This document shows positions 11,795 to 23,806 of a stretch of DNA of 64,000 nt, piece after piece (position 1 is the stretch's first letter; every line of letters begins with the position of its first letter). The notes below the pieces were generated by a model. The model searched no databases and was not told where the DNA came from. It worked only from the letters and a program-made list of their open reading frames with translations. The DNA comes from Eledone cirrhosa (taxonomy: Eukaryota), in the NCBI GenBank assembly GCA_964016885.1, contig OZ024750.1, forward strand, positions 31,000,001-31,064,000, read 5' to 3'. A program made the translations under genes and the position numbers.

Positions 11795-13444
11795 TCTAAG
11801 TTACTGATACTTTGATTTATCGATCTCGATGGAGGAAAGCTACATTTGATCTCGGCAGATTTGAATAGCTGTATTCGATCTCGGCATATTTGAATCAGGA
11901 AAGGTTGTCTGCATGGATGGCACACAGAAAATAATTTCGGAGCTGAAAGACTCACGGAAATGCTGCGGGCAATTTTCGCCCAAATGTCACGTCTTCCTTT
12001 GATGTGGAAACTTACATAAGATCACCGGACACAGTATGTTTTCATTTCATGAAGTGGAAAGTCTATTGATAAAGGAATAAAAGGATTATTGTATGGATAG
12101 TAGAGAATGTCCCTGTATACATAGGAAGTTTTAAGAACCTGGGTGTTAATGCAAACCCCTCACCCACATGTTGGTGGGTTTCTCAGCATCTACCACAAGA
12201 TCATACTATATAAGAAGCGTGACAATGAGCCAAGGATCAACATCAAAACTAATATAATTTATCCTAACATTAGTATTACGCTGCCCTTAATATTGTGGTA
12301 CAAGCCACTGGAAGCTGTACGACGAACAAGTTCAGTCAAGTTTGGATTTTCTTCCTCCGTTTTGAATATTATGCAACCGGTTCCTTACCTGTTTCTCCAA
12401 CTGACACAGTGATTTCACTGCACACATCGCCTAGGCATACCTCCAGTTATTATTTCGAGGAGACAGGGAACCCGCTTCCATTTCTAGCAAGACAAAGTTA
12501 CGTCCTTCCATTTAGGGCTTGCATCACTGTAAAGGCAAGAAGGTATGGTATTTCATAATATACCTCTCTCACACTCCTTTCTTATCTGGAAATTTGCCGT
12601 TATATACCGACTATTTGTCTAGTAACATTGGCCAATCTACGGTCATTACTCTTAAATTTATAAACAATATATTTTTTCCTGTCTGAATATTTGAAATGTC
12701 TGTTTGTTCAATGTCATCAATATTTTTAACTGTTTATCATTTTTAGATTCTATGGTAATAATTTTTCAAAATTATTTTTACTTCAGGGTGATTTTTTATA
12801 TATTAGTGTTGCCATCACTGTGGCAAACAGCTCTTCATGTTTCTTCGTGAAAAGAAGTTATCTTGCATTTCCAATAAATAATGTTTACAAAATCTAAATA
12901 ATCAATTGTCGAAAGAAAAACCATATTTTCCACCTCGAGGTGAACGTCATAGACACTTGTCCGCAAAATATTCCAAAAGAAGCCTTTTCATTGAGTACTA
13001 GTATATAACCCGTTGCTTTAATGACACACACACATACACACACAGACACACACACACATATATATATATATTGAAATAGAAATATACGGCTTCGCCGTAA
13101 CACTTGACTAAATAACAGTCTTAATAACGGTGAATTTGAACCCACTTAATGGAAAAAGATGGGTATCAGTACCAGATACTAATCTTCCATAAATAGTGTC
13201 TGCGATGCAGGGACCGAGGGGGAGCAGTGGGATAATAGTAAAGTAGTCATAGATTGGTCTAACGTCCTCAAACACACAAAGAAAGCTAGGTTCACATAGT
13301 TGATTTTCACCCCTCAATCCCTCAATCCCTCGATATCTGGTACATTACTTGATAAAGCTCTTGATTTCGCTATTAATTTCACCAATATGGTCGAGTTAGA
13401 CCGATTAATAATAATCCATTACAGAAAAAAATCTCCTCTTTAAT

Positions 13445-13992
13445 ATTGTTTCTACTTTTGGCACAAGGCCGACAATTATCCCAGTACATTACTGGTACTT
13501 TATTTTATCGAACCCGTAAGGATGAAAGGCAAAGTTAACCTCGGCGGGATTTGAACTCAAATCATAAAAGGAGGTAACTCTATGCTTCAAAGCATAGCGT
13601 CCGACCCTCTACCGATACTGCCAATCCAAGACCATAATAATAATGGCTTCTGATTTAGGCACAAGACCAGTCATTTCTGGGTAGGAAAAGTCAATTAAAT
13701 CGATCCCAGTACATTACTGGTACTTTATTTTATCGACCCCGTAAGGACGAAAGGCAAAGCTAACCTCGGCGGGATTTGAACTCCGAACATAAAAAGGTAA
13801 TGAGCAAAATGCCGCAAAGCATTTTGTCCGACGCTCTATAATAATAGTAATAATAATAATAATAATTGTTTCTACTTTAGGCACAAGGCCAGCAATTACC
13901 CAGGGCATTACTGGTACTTTATTTTATCGACCCCGTAAGGATGAAAGGCAAAGTCAACCTCGGCGGGATTTGAACTCAGATCGTAAAGGGAC

Positions 13993-13995
<3 letters not shown>
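13445..13995 (-). mobile_element. Cluster of three tandem SINE copies (13445-13629, 13640-13838, 13863-13995)
   Basis: Each contains 'tactggtactttattttatcgaccccgtaaggatgaaaggcaaag....cctcggcgggatttgaactc' with minor variation. Confidence 0.92.
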
Positions 13996-14038
<43 letters not shown>

Positions 14039-14092
14039 TAATAATAACAAAACCTCCACCACCACCACTCACAACAACAACAACAACAACGA
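13995..14092. repeat. (AAT)n/(AAC)n microsatellite
   Basis: Direct reading. Confidence 0.93.
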
Positions 14093-14159
14093 TAGTTCTG
14101 CTGTTGATGATGATGTTGATGTATGAAATGTCATCCTGTTGTATGCTATTATTTGTATT

Positions 14160-14345
14160 CGGTGGATTGGCAGTATCTGTAGAGGGTCGGACGCCATGCT
14201 TTCCAGCATAGTTACGTCCCTTTACGATCTGAGTTCAAATCCCGCCGAGGTTGACTTTGCCTTTCATCCTTACGGGGTCGATAAAATAAAGTACCAGTAA
14301 TGCACTGGATGATTGCTGGCCTTGTGCTTAAAGTAGACACAATTA
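14160..14345 (+). mobile_element. Young SINE with 11-bp TSD (ttatttgtatt)
   Basis: Consensus-like copy, inverted relative to the copy at 13863-13995. Confidence 0.92.
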
Positions 14346-14464
14346 TTTGTATTAACATTCAGCAGTCTTGCTTTAGGTTCCGCCAGATAAAGAAATATAA
14401 TTAAATATTGTCACGCATAACTTGCAGAGAATTTGATTGAGAGCAACGGTATGTTTGATTGAGA

Positions 14465-14526
14465 GTGGGGGAGAGGGAGAGTGAGAGAGAGAGAGATAAA
14501 GGGAGGGGTAAGACGGTAATGATTAC

Positions 14527-14569
<43 letters not shown>

Positions 14570-14787
14570 GCGAGTACTTGTTTACATTCGTATGAGCCCG
14601 GAAGTCACTGATCATTTTAGTATTTGTGTGTTTATATAAAATATTCTGTTTTCCCTTTCATTATATTAACTTTGAAATGTATATATATATATATATATAT
14701 ATGAGTGTGTTTGTGTATATATATGTGTGTGTATGTGCGTGAACATGTGTGTGTACATGTGTGTATGTGAATATGTATGAATATCTG

Positions 14788-14850
<63 letters not shown>

Positions 14851-14955
14851 ATATGTGTGTGTGTGTATGTGTGTATATATATGCGCGTATATATATGTGT
14901 GTAGTTGTATACGTATATGTGTGTGTGAATGTGTGTGTGTGTGAGTGTGTGTGTT
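14465..14955. repeat. (GA)n and (TA)n/(TG)n microsatellite tracts
   Basis: Direct reading. Confidence 0.9.
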
Positions 14956-15282
14956 CTGTGTAAAATGATGATTGAGGAGTTATACAATAACAGGAACACA
15001 GCTTTAGTCTGAGGAGGTAGAAGTGTTTTACGAAAGTTAATTCATTTCATGTGGAGAAGGCATGAGGTTGATGCTTGCCTTTGGATTGTTAAGAGTTAAT
15101 CGAATGAGAGATATAGCTCATCTACATTGAAATCTGTTCTATTACAAGTAACCTTTCCAACCTTCCAATGATTATACATCTTTACTTCTGTTTATATCAC
15201 TGTATATGACGTTACTTATACAACCTATAATATCTTCTTATAACTAATGGAGTTGGTATAATTTCAGACTTTAGAGATGAAA

Positions 15283-15745
15283 CTATGAGCTATGATTTAA
15301 CCTGCTTCATGTCTACCGTGAGCAATTATTTAACCCTTTTCCTGTTCACCGTGAGCCACGATTTAACCTTGTTCTTCATGTTCATCGTGAGCCATGATTT
15401 AATCGTCTTCTTCATGCCTACCGTGAGCAATTATTTAACCCTTTTCCTGTTCACCGTGAGCCACGATTTAACCTTGTTCTTCATGTTCATCGTGAGCCAT
15501 GATTTAATCGTCTTCTTCATGTTCATTGTGAGCTATGATTTAACCTTCTTCTTCATGTTCGCCGAGAGCCATGATTTAACCGTCTTCATGTCCACCGTGA
15601 GCCGTGATTCAACCTTCTTCATGTCCACCGTGAGCCATAATTTGACCTTCTTCATGTCTACGGTGAGCCATGATTTAACTTTCTTCATCATGTCCACGAT
15701 GGGCCATGATTTAGCCTTCATGTCCACGGTAGCCATGATTTCTTT
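15283..15745. repeat. 33-bp (30-36) minisatellite, ~14 units (ccgtgagccatgatttaaccttcttcatgtcca)
   Basis: Visible tandem units whose lengths vary by ttc triplets. Confidence 0.95.
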
Positions 15746-16270
15746 TTTCTTCACTTGATCGTATGAATTGGAGATGAGTTAAAATTTGGTCGGTGGATAA
15801 GACTGCATTTGTATTGTTGTTTGTGTTGAGTTGTTTTACGACATTCTTCTTCTGTCCAACATAACTCTCCAGTGTTTTAATATTGGTTTCGGTATCGTCG
15901 GCTGCTATTGTTGCTAGTACTATTAATATTGTTATTGTGGATACGATGTCAACAGCAGTGGAAGTCAATGTTGTCAATGTTGTCCGCGTCTATAAATGAC
16001 CGTTCTCTTAGCTGTATCGTCAAAGACCTCAACGGTTACAGCTAATACAACCCCGTCAGTACTCCGAACGAACACTTTTGTTGGTTTTTCTTATGCCTGT
16101 TGTTTCTCTTTCCGAGAGAATTGTTCAACTGTTCCCGTGGCTGTTGTAAAATAACCAGCTTTTGCTAGCCTTTTCGACCCTCTTGCTGTAAGTTCTGTTC
16201 ATTTTGCTGCTACTGTTGTTGTTATTGCAATAGGATGATTATCATCATATTTTAATTTCTTTATAACTTG
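15711..16270 (-). pseudogene. Decayed Thr/Ala-rich exon-like segment
   Basis: Long protein-like reading on the minus strand ('NHPIAITTTVAAK*TELTAR...VVLAVTVEVFDDTAKR' / 'TLTSTAVDIVSTITILIVLATIAADDTETNIK') with isolated stops and a frameshift. No homolog recognised. Confidence 0.35.
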
Positions 16271-16574
16271 AAATGAAAATATAACTTTTAAAATCATTCG
16301 AACCTACATAATATAAAGAACACACCATGGAAAATTATAGAAAAGAATTAGATTAATATATCTTTCGAGGGACTTGCCTCATTCTCTCCTAATCCCCTCT
16401 TCATTCTTCAGTTCTCGCGAGATTCTGCACATGTAGACCTCTTACTAATATGTATTAAGAGGCAATATTCAACCATCATTTTATCCCAGATGACTTGTCA
16501 ACTAAAAAAGAAATGATCAATTCAAATGAAACAGGTCTACTTTTAAAATAAATTATCAGCTCAAAACTATAGAA

Positions 16575-17075
16575 GATTGGATCTCTGTCGGTTTCAACGA
16601 TGAGTGTTCCAGTTGGTAGATCAACAGAACATCCTACTCATGAAATTAATATGTAAGTACTTAAGGATTCCACAGACACGTACCGTATTTCCCGGCGTCG
16701 AAGACGCTACTTTTTTCCCCTAAAATAAGTCTTAAAAATCTGCCATGCGTCCTGGAGGCCGAAGGTTGTTTATTATTTTTTTTCAAAATTTTGGTTGTCA
16801 AAATTAGAGTGCGTCCTCGAGGACGAAGCATCTTCGGCGCCGGGAATTACGGGTATACTCTAAACGTAATTTTTAGGGCGATTCAGCCTGACAGAGTATG
16901 TAACAAGGTTGGTTATTTCCGTTTCAGTCCATTCGAAGGACTTCCAAACATTTTTCCTCTACCTAATCTCACTCACAAGGCTTCGATCGACCTAAATGAA
17001 ATTGTCTAAGGTGCCGCATATTGGGGTAGATCCCTGGATCAAATGATTGCTAAGCCAATTCTTAAATTATACGGC
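16575..17075 (-). mobile_element. Second-family SINE interrupted by a MITE
   Basis: Colinear with 3085-3445 once 16683-16853 is removed. Confidence 0.75.
16683..16853. mobile_element. Tc1/mariner (pogo/Tigger-like) MITE, ~170 bp, TA TSD
   Basis: TIRs ccgtatttcccggcgtcgaagacgc / gcatcttcggcgccgggaattacgg with TA on both sides. The empty site 'gacacgtatactc' is seen in the paralogous SINE at ~3201. Confidence 0.88.
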
Positions 17076-17279
17076 CATTCTGCAGTCATAGTATGTGTAT
17101 GTGTATTTGTATATGTATGTGTATGTATGTATGTATGCATTTGTGTCTATGTGTATGTATGAATGTATGTATGTATTCGTAATACCCAATGGAGTCGTAG
17201 GTGCGCCGTAATTACATATAACGTTTGTTGGGCATTTTTTAAAACCTGACCGCGACCATCTCCTCTCCAAGTCTGAACC

Positions 17280-17640
17280 CCCGATTTCTTCAATAGAAAG
17301 AGCGACAAAGAGGAAGCATCAATACTAGTACTGGACTGGTACATTATTTGACGGATTCCACAAAGATGAAAGGCAAAGTTGACTTCGGTGGTGTTTGAAT
17401 CTAAAACGTAGAAAGTCGTAAGTAAATACCGCAAAGCAATTTTCCCGATGCTCTACCGATTCTGCCAATCACAATCGTCTCTGATCAATTAATGGTTTTT
17501 GATTTAGGTATAAGGCCAACAATTTTGGGAGAGGGGAAGTCGTTTAAGTCGACCCCATGACCCCGTACGGAAGAAAGGTGGAGCTCACTTTGTCGGGAAT
17601 TGAACTCAGAGCGTAAAGCAACGCAACTCTATGCTGTAAA
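17280..17640 (-). mobile_element. Two older degenerate SINE copies
   Basis: 'gatgaaaggcaaagttgacttcggtgg..ttgaatc...ctctaccgattctgccaatc', plus a deleted copy at 17490-17640. Confidence 0.7.
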
Positions 17641-17654
17641 TCTCTGATAAATCA

Positions 17655-18045
17655 ATAATTGTTTCTACTTTTGGCACAAGGCCAGCAATTACCCAGTGCA
17701 TTACTGGTACTTTATTTTATCGACCCCTTAAGGATGAAAGGCAAAGTAAACCTCGGCGGGATTTGAACTCAGAATGGCAAGGACCGTAACTCTATGCGTC
17801 AAAGCATGGCGTCCGACCCTCTACCGATACTGCCAATCCACAGCCGTAGGAATGTTAATAATTGTTTCTATTTTAGGCACAAGGCCAGCAATTATCCCAG
17901 TGCATTACTGGTACTTTATTTTATCGACCCCGTAAGGATGAAAGGCAAAGTAAACCTCGGCGGGATTTGAACTCAGAATGGCAAGGACCGTAACTCTATG
18001 CTGCAAAGCATGGCGTCCGACCCTCTACTGATACTGCCAATCTAC
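17655..18045 (-). mobile_element. Head-to-tail pair of near-identical young SINEs
   Basis: 17655-17842 and 17858-18045. The pair is flanked by ctct(g/a)ataaatcaataat on both sides. Confidence 0.92.
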
Positions 18046-18354
18046 TCTAATAAATCAATAATACTTGATAAATGAAGAGATGAATTGAAAGATGAAGTTA
18101 GTAATAAAACGAAGTCAATGTTTCAACTTTTAAGTTCAGTAATTATATCCGATTCATCAAATTGATGAAAGAAAATATAGATCAATCCCAAACTAATTGA
18201 CTGACTGTTACACGTGATATTGCTAATTACTATATTTTCGAACCAGGTAAAATTTAGCTTATTAAAGTAAAGTGCTATGAATAATTTAACAGAGTATCCT
18301 ACACGCACTAAAATCTCACCCGACCGTACAAATTAGGAAATTATGATCCTTAAG

Positions 18355-18772
18355 CCCAAGATTGAAAGAATACAATCCCGAATAAAAGTGGCCGAAATTG
18401 GGTTCCTCCAAGGATCTTTGGAGTAATGATACTCGATAAAGTGTGTAGCTCGGAGATCAGAGAGTCACCCCAGGTAGAGTCGCTACTTCTTCGAATTAAG
18501 AGATCACAGCTCCGATACTACGGGCATGTGGTTACAATGTCTCAGGAAAGAAACGCTGGACAGATTTTACGGGAAAAACCAATCGGTAGGAGATCCAGAG
18601 GTAGACCCTGAGCAAGATGGTTGGATAACATCCGTGAGCTTGGCGAAACACGCTTGGGGATCCTGCCGGATCAGATGGATACGGCTTCTTCTGACAGGAC
18701 TGGCTGGAAGGGGTGTTTGAGGACTCTGCCCCAACGACCCTCTCAGGAATAAGTGGGCTTAGAAGAAGAAAA
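18355..18772 (+). mobile_element. RTE-clade LINE 3' end (5'-truncated)
   Basis: 'AEIGFLQ..FGVMILDKVCSSEIRES..VESLLLRIKRSQLRYYGHVVTM...GRRSRGRP*ARWLDNI', ending in a (gaa)n tail. Confidence 0.9.
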
Positions 18773-18861
18773 AGCTCAAGATTCTAACTACTAATTCTAT
18801 TAATTATCACTTTAAAATAAACATGTTCAACATTTTCATATTTTGTATACCATTTAGGATC

Positions 18862-19090
18862 GTAGATTGGCAGAATTGGTAGAGCGACGGATAAAGTGTT
18901 ATTGAGGTTTTTGTTTTGGTTCTGGTTTCTTTATATTTTGAGTGCAAATCCACGACGAATTCAACTTTATTTTTCGTACTTCCGGAGTCGATAAGATAAA
19001 ATACCAGTTTTGGGTTAGGGATGATTTATTCAACTTTGGCTCTTCCTCACTCCCGAAATTTGCTGGCCTTATGCCTAAATTAGACATCAA
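18862..19090 (+). mobile_element. Older SINE copy (long-tail variant)
   Basis: 'gattggcagaattggtagagcgacgg...ggagtcgataagataaaataccag...gaaatttgctggccttatgcctaaattaga'. Confidence 0.75.
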
Positions 19091-20279
19091 TATTCTTATG
19101 TGACAATGAAGTCGTAATATAAGAAGTAATGTTAAAGAAGTCTTAGACTGAAAACTCTCTTTCAATGTTCCACAGACTCTTCTTTATCTCACTTAGGTTG
19201 ACGTCATTATTATCTTTAGGAAAATCATGAGCGCCCGAATAACCAATTTGCTCTTTCTTAAAAAACACGGCCTTGTGATTAATCAAAATAAACGAAGCAT
19301 TCCTACGACAGGTGCTGTAGACATTAATTTCCATCTTGTTTTGATTTCAATTTGTAAACATTTAACTTTACGAAAGACAAATGTCGCAGAATGTAATTCT
19401 CCACTGTGTGTATCTCGCTTGAGGAAAGAGCCCGGTAAGGTGAAATGGCTGATGCAGCAGGTGTCGCTGGCTGTTCCCCACGGCAATGCTTTCGCCACCA
19501 TGTCCTTGGGGCGTCGCAGCTGTGTTGTAGCGCCCAGCCAAGGGTTTAGAGTTTTTCTCTTCTTTATAAAACAACCTTTATTTATTTTTTTTTTCCTTTT
19601 TGTTGATTATCTTTTCAAATAATTAATAAAAATGTGTCCACTCGGCAACATAAACTGATGATATTCAACAATATTATCAACATGTTAGAGCCCTAAGGGA
19701 ACTCATTATCTGAAAGTAACATTACGGAATTTCGAAATCAGTCTATTCTTCGGCAGTTGTGAACCGAATTCCCCATTGTATTGTCAGTTGCAGTCATTTT
19801 ACTTCATTTACGTCACTAAAATTCTTTAGAAAATAATGAACGTCACACAATTAATTCATATGTGTCCGGTGATAAACGTGAAGTCTTGCAACTATGTAAG
19901 AAATCAATATTTGTCTTTTTATCTGTCTCTTGTTTCATTAGTTACTTTGATTTCATTTTGTCAGTATGTCTGCCCCAAGCCCACACTATTTGAATCTGTA
20001 GCTGATACAAGTCAATACTATTAAAAACGAGAAGAGCCAATATGTTGTTTTACATCTGAAATATCCTCTAGTTTTTTTTTCTTTTAATCAGATTGGATTT
20101 TCGTTGTTGCACTAGTAATGGTGGTGGTAGAGGTGTTAGGGGACGATAGGTGATTAACGTTAAACATTAGTTTCCTGATAATTATGTCGGTTACTAAATT
20201 AATTATCTACATCTTGAAGGAAACGACAATCATTACACATAAAACTAAACTCGTAACTGAAATATATACAAGTTTATCA

Positions 20280-20312
<33 letters not shown>

Positions 20313-20539
20313 TACATTTTATTTTAACTGCTTGATGTTTAGTTATGCAATAGAGACTAATAAATGTGTAGATTCTGTACAACTACTAGATACAATTAAA
20401 CATAATAGACTTAATCAAAAGGAGTCTCGACACAGCCGGTTTCTCGTCACAACTGGCGCCAGCTGGCTTTAACCGTGGTGATGGTAAGCACCCAGACAGT
20501 ATGACCTTCTGGGTTATACTGTCTGGGCGCAGCCGTCTT

Positions 20540-20890
20540 CTCCCTCCCCTGACGCCGCCGGCGACGACGCGTCACGTTCTCGCTTTCACTTCGCCGTCGG
20601 AGTTCGTTAAATTCGATTGCTTTCGCTCCAACGACTCGCAACCGACTGGGACTCCTCGGTCCGTGTTTCAAGACGGGTCGGGTAGGTTGCTGATGCTCGT
20701 CGCAGACCTGCAGTAGCGGACGGCTCGCGATCCTCTCCCGCCCAGCGACGCGCTCCCTCCTGCTCCGCAAAGAGAGCAAGAGAGAAAAGACAAAACGGGG
20801 CGAGCGAACGAGGCGGCCGCTTTCTCGAGTGGTCGGAATTTAAAAGAAAAAAACCGGCCTCCCGAACGGCGCTGCGGTTGATTAAGGAAC
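20540..20890 (-). pseudogene. Orphan 28S rDNA fragment (D2 3' end, conserved core, start of D3)
   Basis: Minus strand has 'cctacccgacccgtcttgaaacacggaccgaggagtc', the conserved LSU core CGACCCGTCTTGAAACACGGACC, inside a GC/CpG-rich island. The neighbouring conserved cores are absent and the boundaries are approximate. Confidence 0.85.
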
Positions 20891-21769
20891 ATGCGCGTTT
20901 GTCCCGTCCCCGTCTGTTAGCCGTGCCTGGTACGACGGCAAAAAGAAATTATTCCTTAATCTGAGACGTCACGTGTTACGACGCGTTCTCCGCCTCCACC
21001 CTTGTCGCTTCGGTAACAAACCCGAGCACCGCAACCCGCAATGCAAAGAAGAAGAAGATAATCAAATACCACTTTCTTTTCGTGCCGGTCGCCATCGAAA
21101 TCTCAGGTGTCTTCGGTCCCCGAACTTCTCTTTTCCCCCATAAAATCAGAAAGACAGCAGCACGACTGAGAAAGTAACCCCGTGAGGTGGGGTTGCTGTT
21201 ACAGCCGCTGTCGCTGGCAATTATTCGCGGCGGCAATGCCTTCACCATTTCACCCGCAGCAATGCCTTCGCCATTTCCCCCATGGGGGTGCAGCTGAAAA
21301 GTACTGTTCAAACCGAGGTATAGTGCCTATCGCTCCCTCTCCCTTTCCTTTTATTTCGTTGCTTAATTTCTTTTTTCTTCTTTTCCCTTTCTTTATTTCC
21401 ATTTATATTGTACAGTTTTTATCACGTTCTCTCTTTAATCTAATAAAAGCTGTTCGTATTCATTAAACACGAAAGAATGAAAACAGCTACTCACATGGAA
21501 GGCCGTTTTATGTAATGGGATGATTTAAAATGGGGTTTTAAAACTGACTCTCAGCATACTGTTCAGTAGGCACAAATTTCATCGTAGTGGCGGTGGTGGT
21601 GAATGACAAACGGAGTCATGGACAAGATGGATTCTTTCTCATTGAACATATAGGATGTCAACATTTCAAGGAGTACTACAGTATACTGTTGAATATTGAT
21701 ATTTAGAGTCTCATTTTTGTGTATCTCGTCTCATCTTCACGATTAACTATAGTGTGTGTGTGTGCCTGA

Positions 21770-22070
21770 TGCTAGTCCGCCAGATCCGTCAATAAATATT
21801 TCAGTTGTTTGATCAAGGCCAGCTAGTGATATTAACATGCAAGTGACTGAGCATTCCACGGACACGTGTGTCTTTAAGGCAGCTCTCAGGGAGATCCCGC
21901 GTCAAACAATGTGTGACGTGGTTGGCCCTTTTGAATGTTGCCATCTGAGAGGACTAGAGCAGCATGAAATAGTGACTTCTCAAGAACACAACGTGCCTCT
22001 TGGAATCGAACTCCCGACTCTATGATCGAGATCCGAACCTCCTAACCAATACACTACGCACTATCACATA
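21770..22070 (-). mobile_element. Second-family SINE, degenerate
   Basis: 'attaacatgcaagtgactgagcattccacggacacgtg...ggaatcgaactcccgac...cctaaccaatacactacgc'. Confidence 0.7.
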
Positions 22071-22387
22071 GAATTTGTAGTAACATCTCATGGCACATTA
22101 GTTTAAATCAACGCAGCTCAAGGAATTCAAGTCAACCGCAATCTGCTTACAACGAGCCTAAAGAATTGGGAGCTTATCTTTAAATATTCACCGATCTGGA
22201 AGAGTTCCAATATAAAGCTAAACAAAGAAAGAAGATCTGGATTGTGTACTGGAGAAGTCATCAGAACAAGGACACAAGCACATTCTAAGACAGACTTTCA
22301 TAATAATTCATTGCCATTACTTAAAGAACAAGAAATAAGAATACTATCATAGGAACAATTACATTTGATAAAGAGGTCTAGATATAA

Positions 22388-22984
22388 TAATTGTTTCTAC
22401 TTTAGGCACAAGGCCGGCAATTACCCAGTGCATTACTGGTACTTTATTTTATCGACCCCGTAAGGATGAAAGGCAAAGTCAACCTCGGTGGGATTTGAAC
22501 TCAGATCGTAAAGGGACGTAACTAATAATGGTTTCTAATTTAAGCACAAGGCCAACAATTTTGAGAGAGGGGAATGTCGGGGAATATCGATTAAACCGAT
22601 CCCAGTGCGTTACTGGCACTTTATTGACCCCATAAGGATGAAAAGCAACGCTAACCTCGGCGGAATTTGATCTCACACCGCAAAGAGACTTAAATATATG
22701 CCGCAAAGCATGCCTGAAACTCTAGCGATACTGCCAATCCACCAGCCTAACATCTAGACATAACACTAACGACGTCTAGACAACAACATCACCTAGCCAT
22801 AACAGTAACACACACATAACAACAACAACACCTAGGCATATTTTTGGCACAAGGCCAGCAAATACCCAGTACATTACTGGTATTTTATTTTATCGACCCC
22901 GTAAGGATGAAAGGCAAAGTTAACCTCGGCGGGATTTGAACTCGGACCGTAAAGGGACGTAACGCCCTCTACCGATACTGCCAA
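22388..22984 (-). mobile_element. SINE cluster (22388-22522 young truncated, 22525-22748 older, 22842-22984 internally deleted)
   Basis: Shared core and tail sequences. Confidence 0.9.
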
Positions 22985-23120
22985 CATAACAATAACGACA
23001 CATAGACATCATAACAACATATATACATCCTAACAACATATAGACATAACAGCAACTAACATCACCTAGACATCATAACAACAATAACGACAGCACCTAG
23101 ACATAACGACACTTAGACAT
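22745..23120. repeat. Degenerate (cctagacataacaacaac)-like low-complexity repeat interrupted by a SINE
   Basis: Recurring 'tagacat(c)ataacaac' motifs. Confidence 0.6.
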
Positions 23121-23730
23121 CTTAAAATGTCGAGATAAGGACTGGGAGAGGGGGAAAAATATGGCCAGTCCACTCCTTTTATTGATATAATGAATTACAA
23201 TAAAACAAATAAACCATCAAATAAAACAAACAAATGAAAAAGCGGAAATAAATGTTACATATTTTCACATTAATGTATTCATTATGTCGCCTAGATCGGG
23301 CCTACAGCCATAATTAACTTGAAAACTATTTTTAGAAAAAGGCACAATAGTCGTTGTTCCTGTTATTGCTCTTCCAGAAGACGAAAAACGTAATTGTGGA
23401 ATGGAATAATAATAATAATTCACAAATAGCATATTTTATTTATTGATTTTCTTCTCTCTCTGCCATGTTTGCCTCTATATTTCTCATCTTTGCTTGATAA
23501 TCTCGCTTTTAAGCAACTATTTCATGCATAATTTTACCACTAAATACAAACTCTGAGTAGCAATCCTCGTTTACGTTCAGACTGAATGAGTCAGATATTC
23601 GATCCTATGTTATGCTATTTCATTCTGTTTGATTTTATTTTAATTTTCTTAACTATACTAGGTCTGTGCATAGGTGGATGGATGGATGGATGGAGGGATA
23701 AAAGTAAGGTGGGAAGAATATGTATATGTA

Positions 23731-23802
<72 letters not shown>

Positions 23803-23806
<4 letters not shown>

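Noticed and set aside
14661-14999. His/Thr/Tyr/Ile-rich ORFs (also 399-622, 1022-1225, 9749-9949, 23586-24034, 24115-24468)
   Set aside because: Products of (CA)n, (TA)n and (CT)n microsatellites.
20447-21466. Several overlapping Arg-rich ORFs suggesting a gene or CpG-island promoter
   Set aside because: Explained by GC-rich rDNA-derived sequence; 'TRPVLKHGPRS' is the familiar translation of 28S rRNA.
22080-22330. CR1/L2-like 3' end remnant
   Set aside because: Only a vague resemblance; too degenerate to support.
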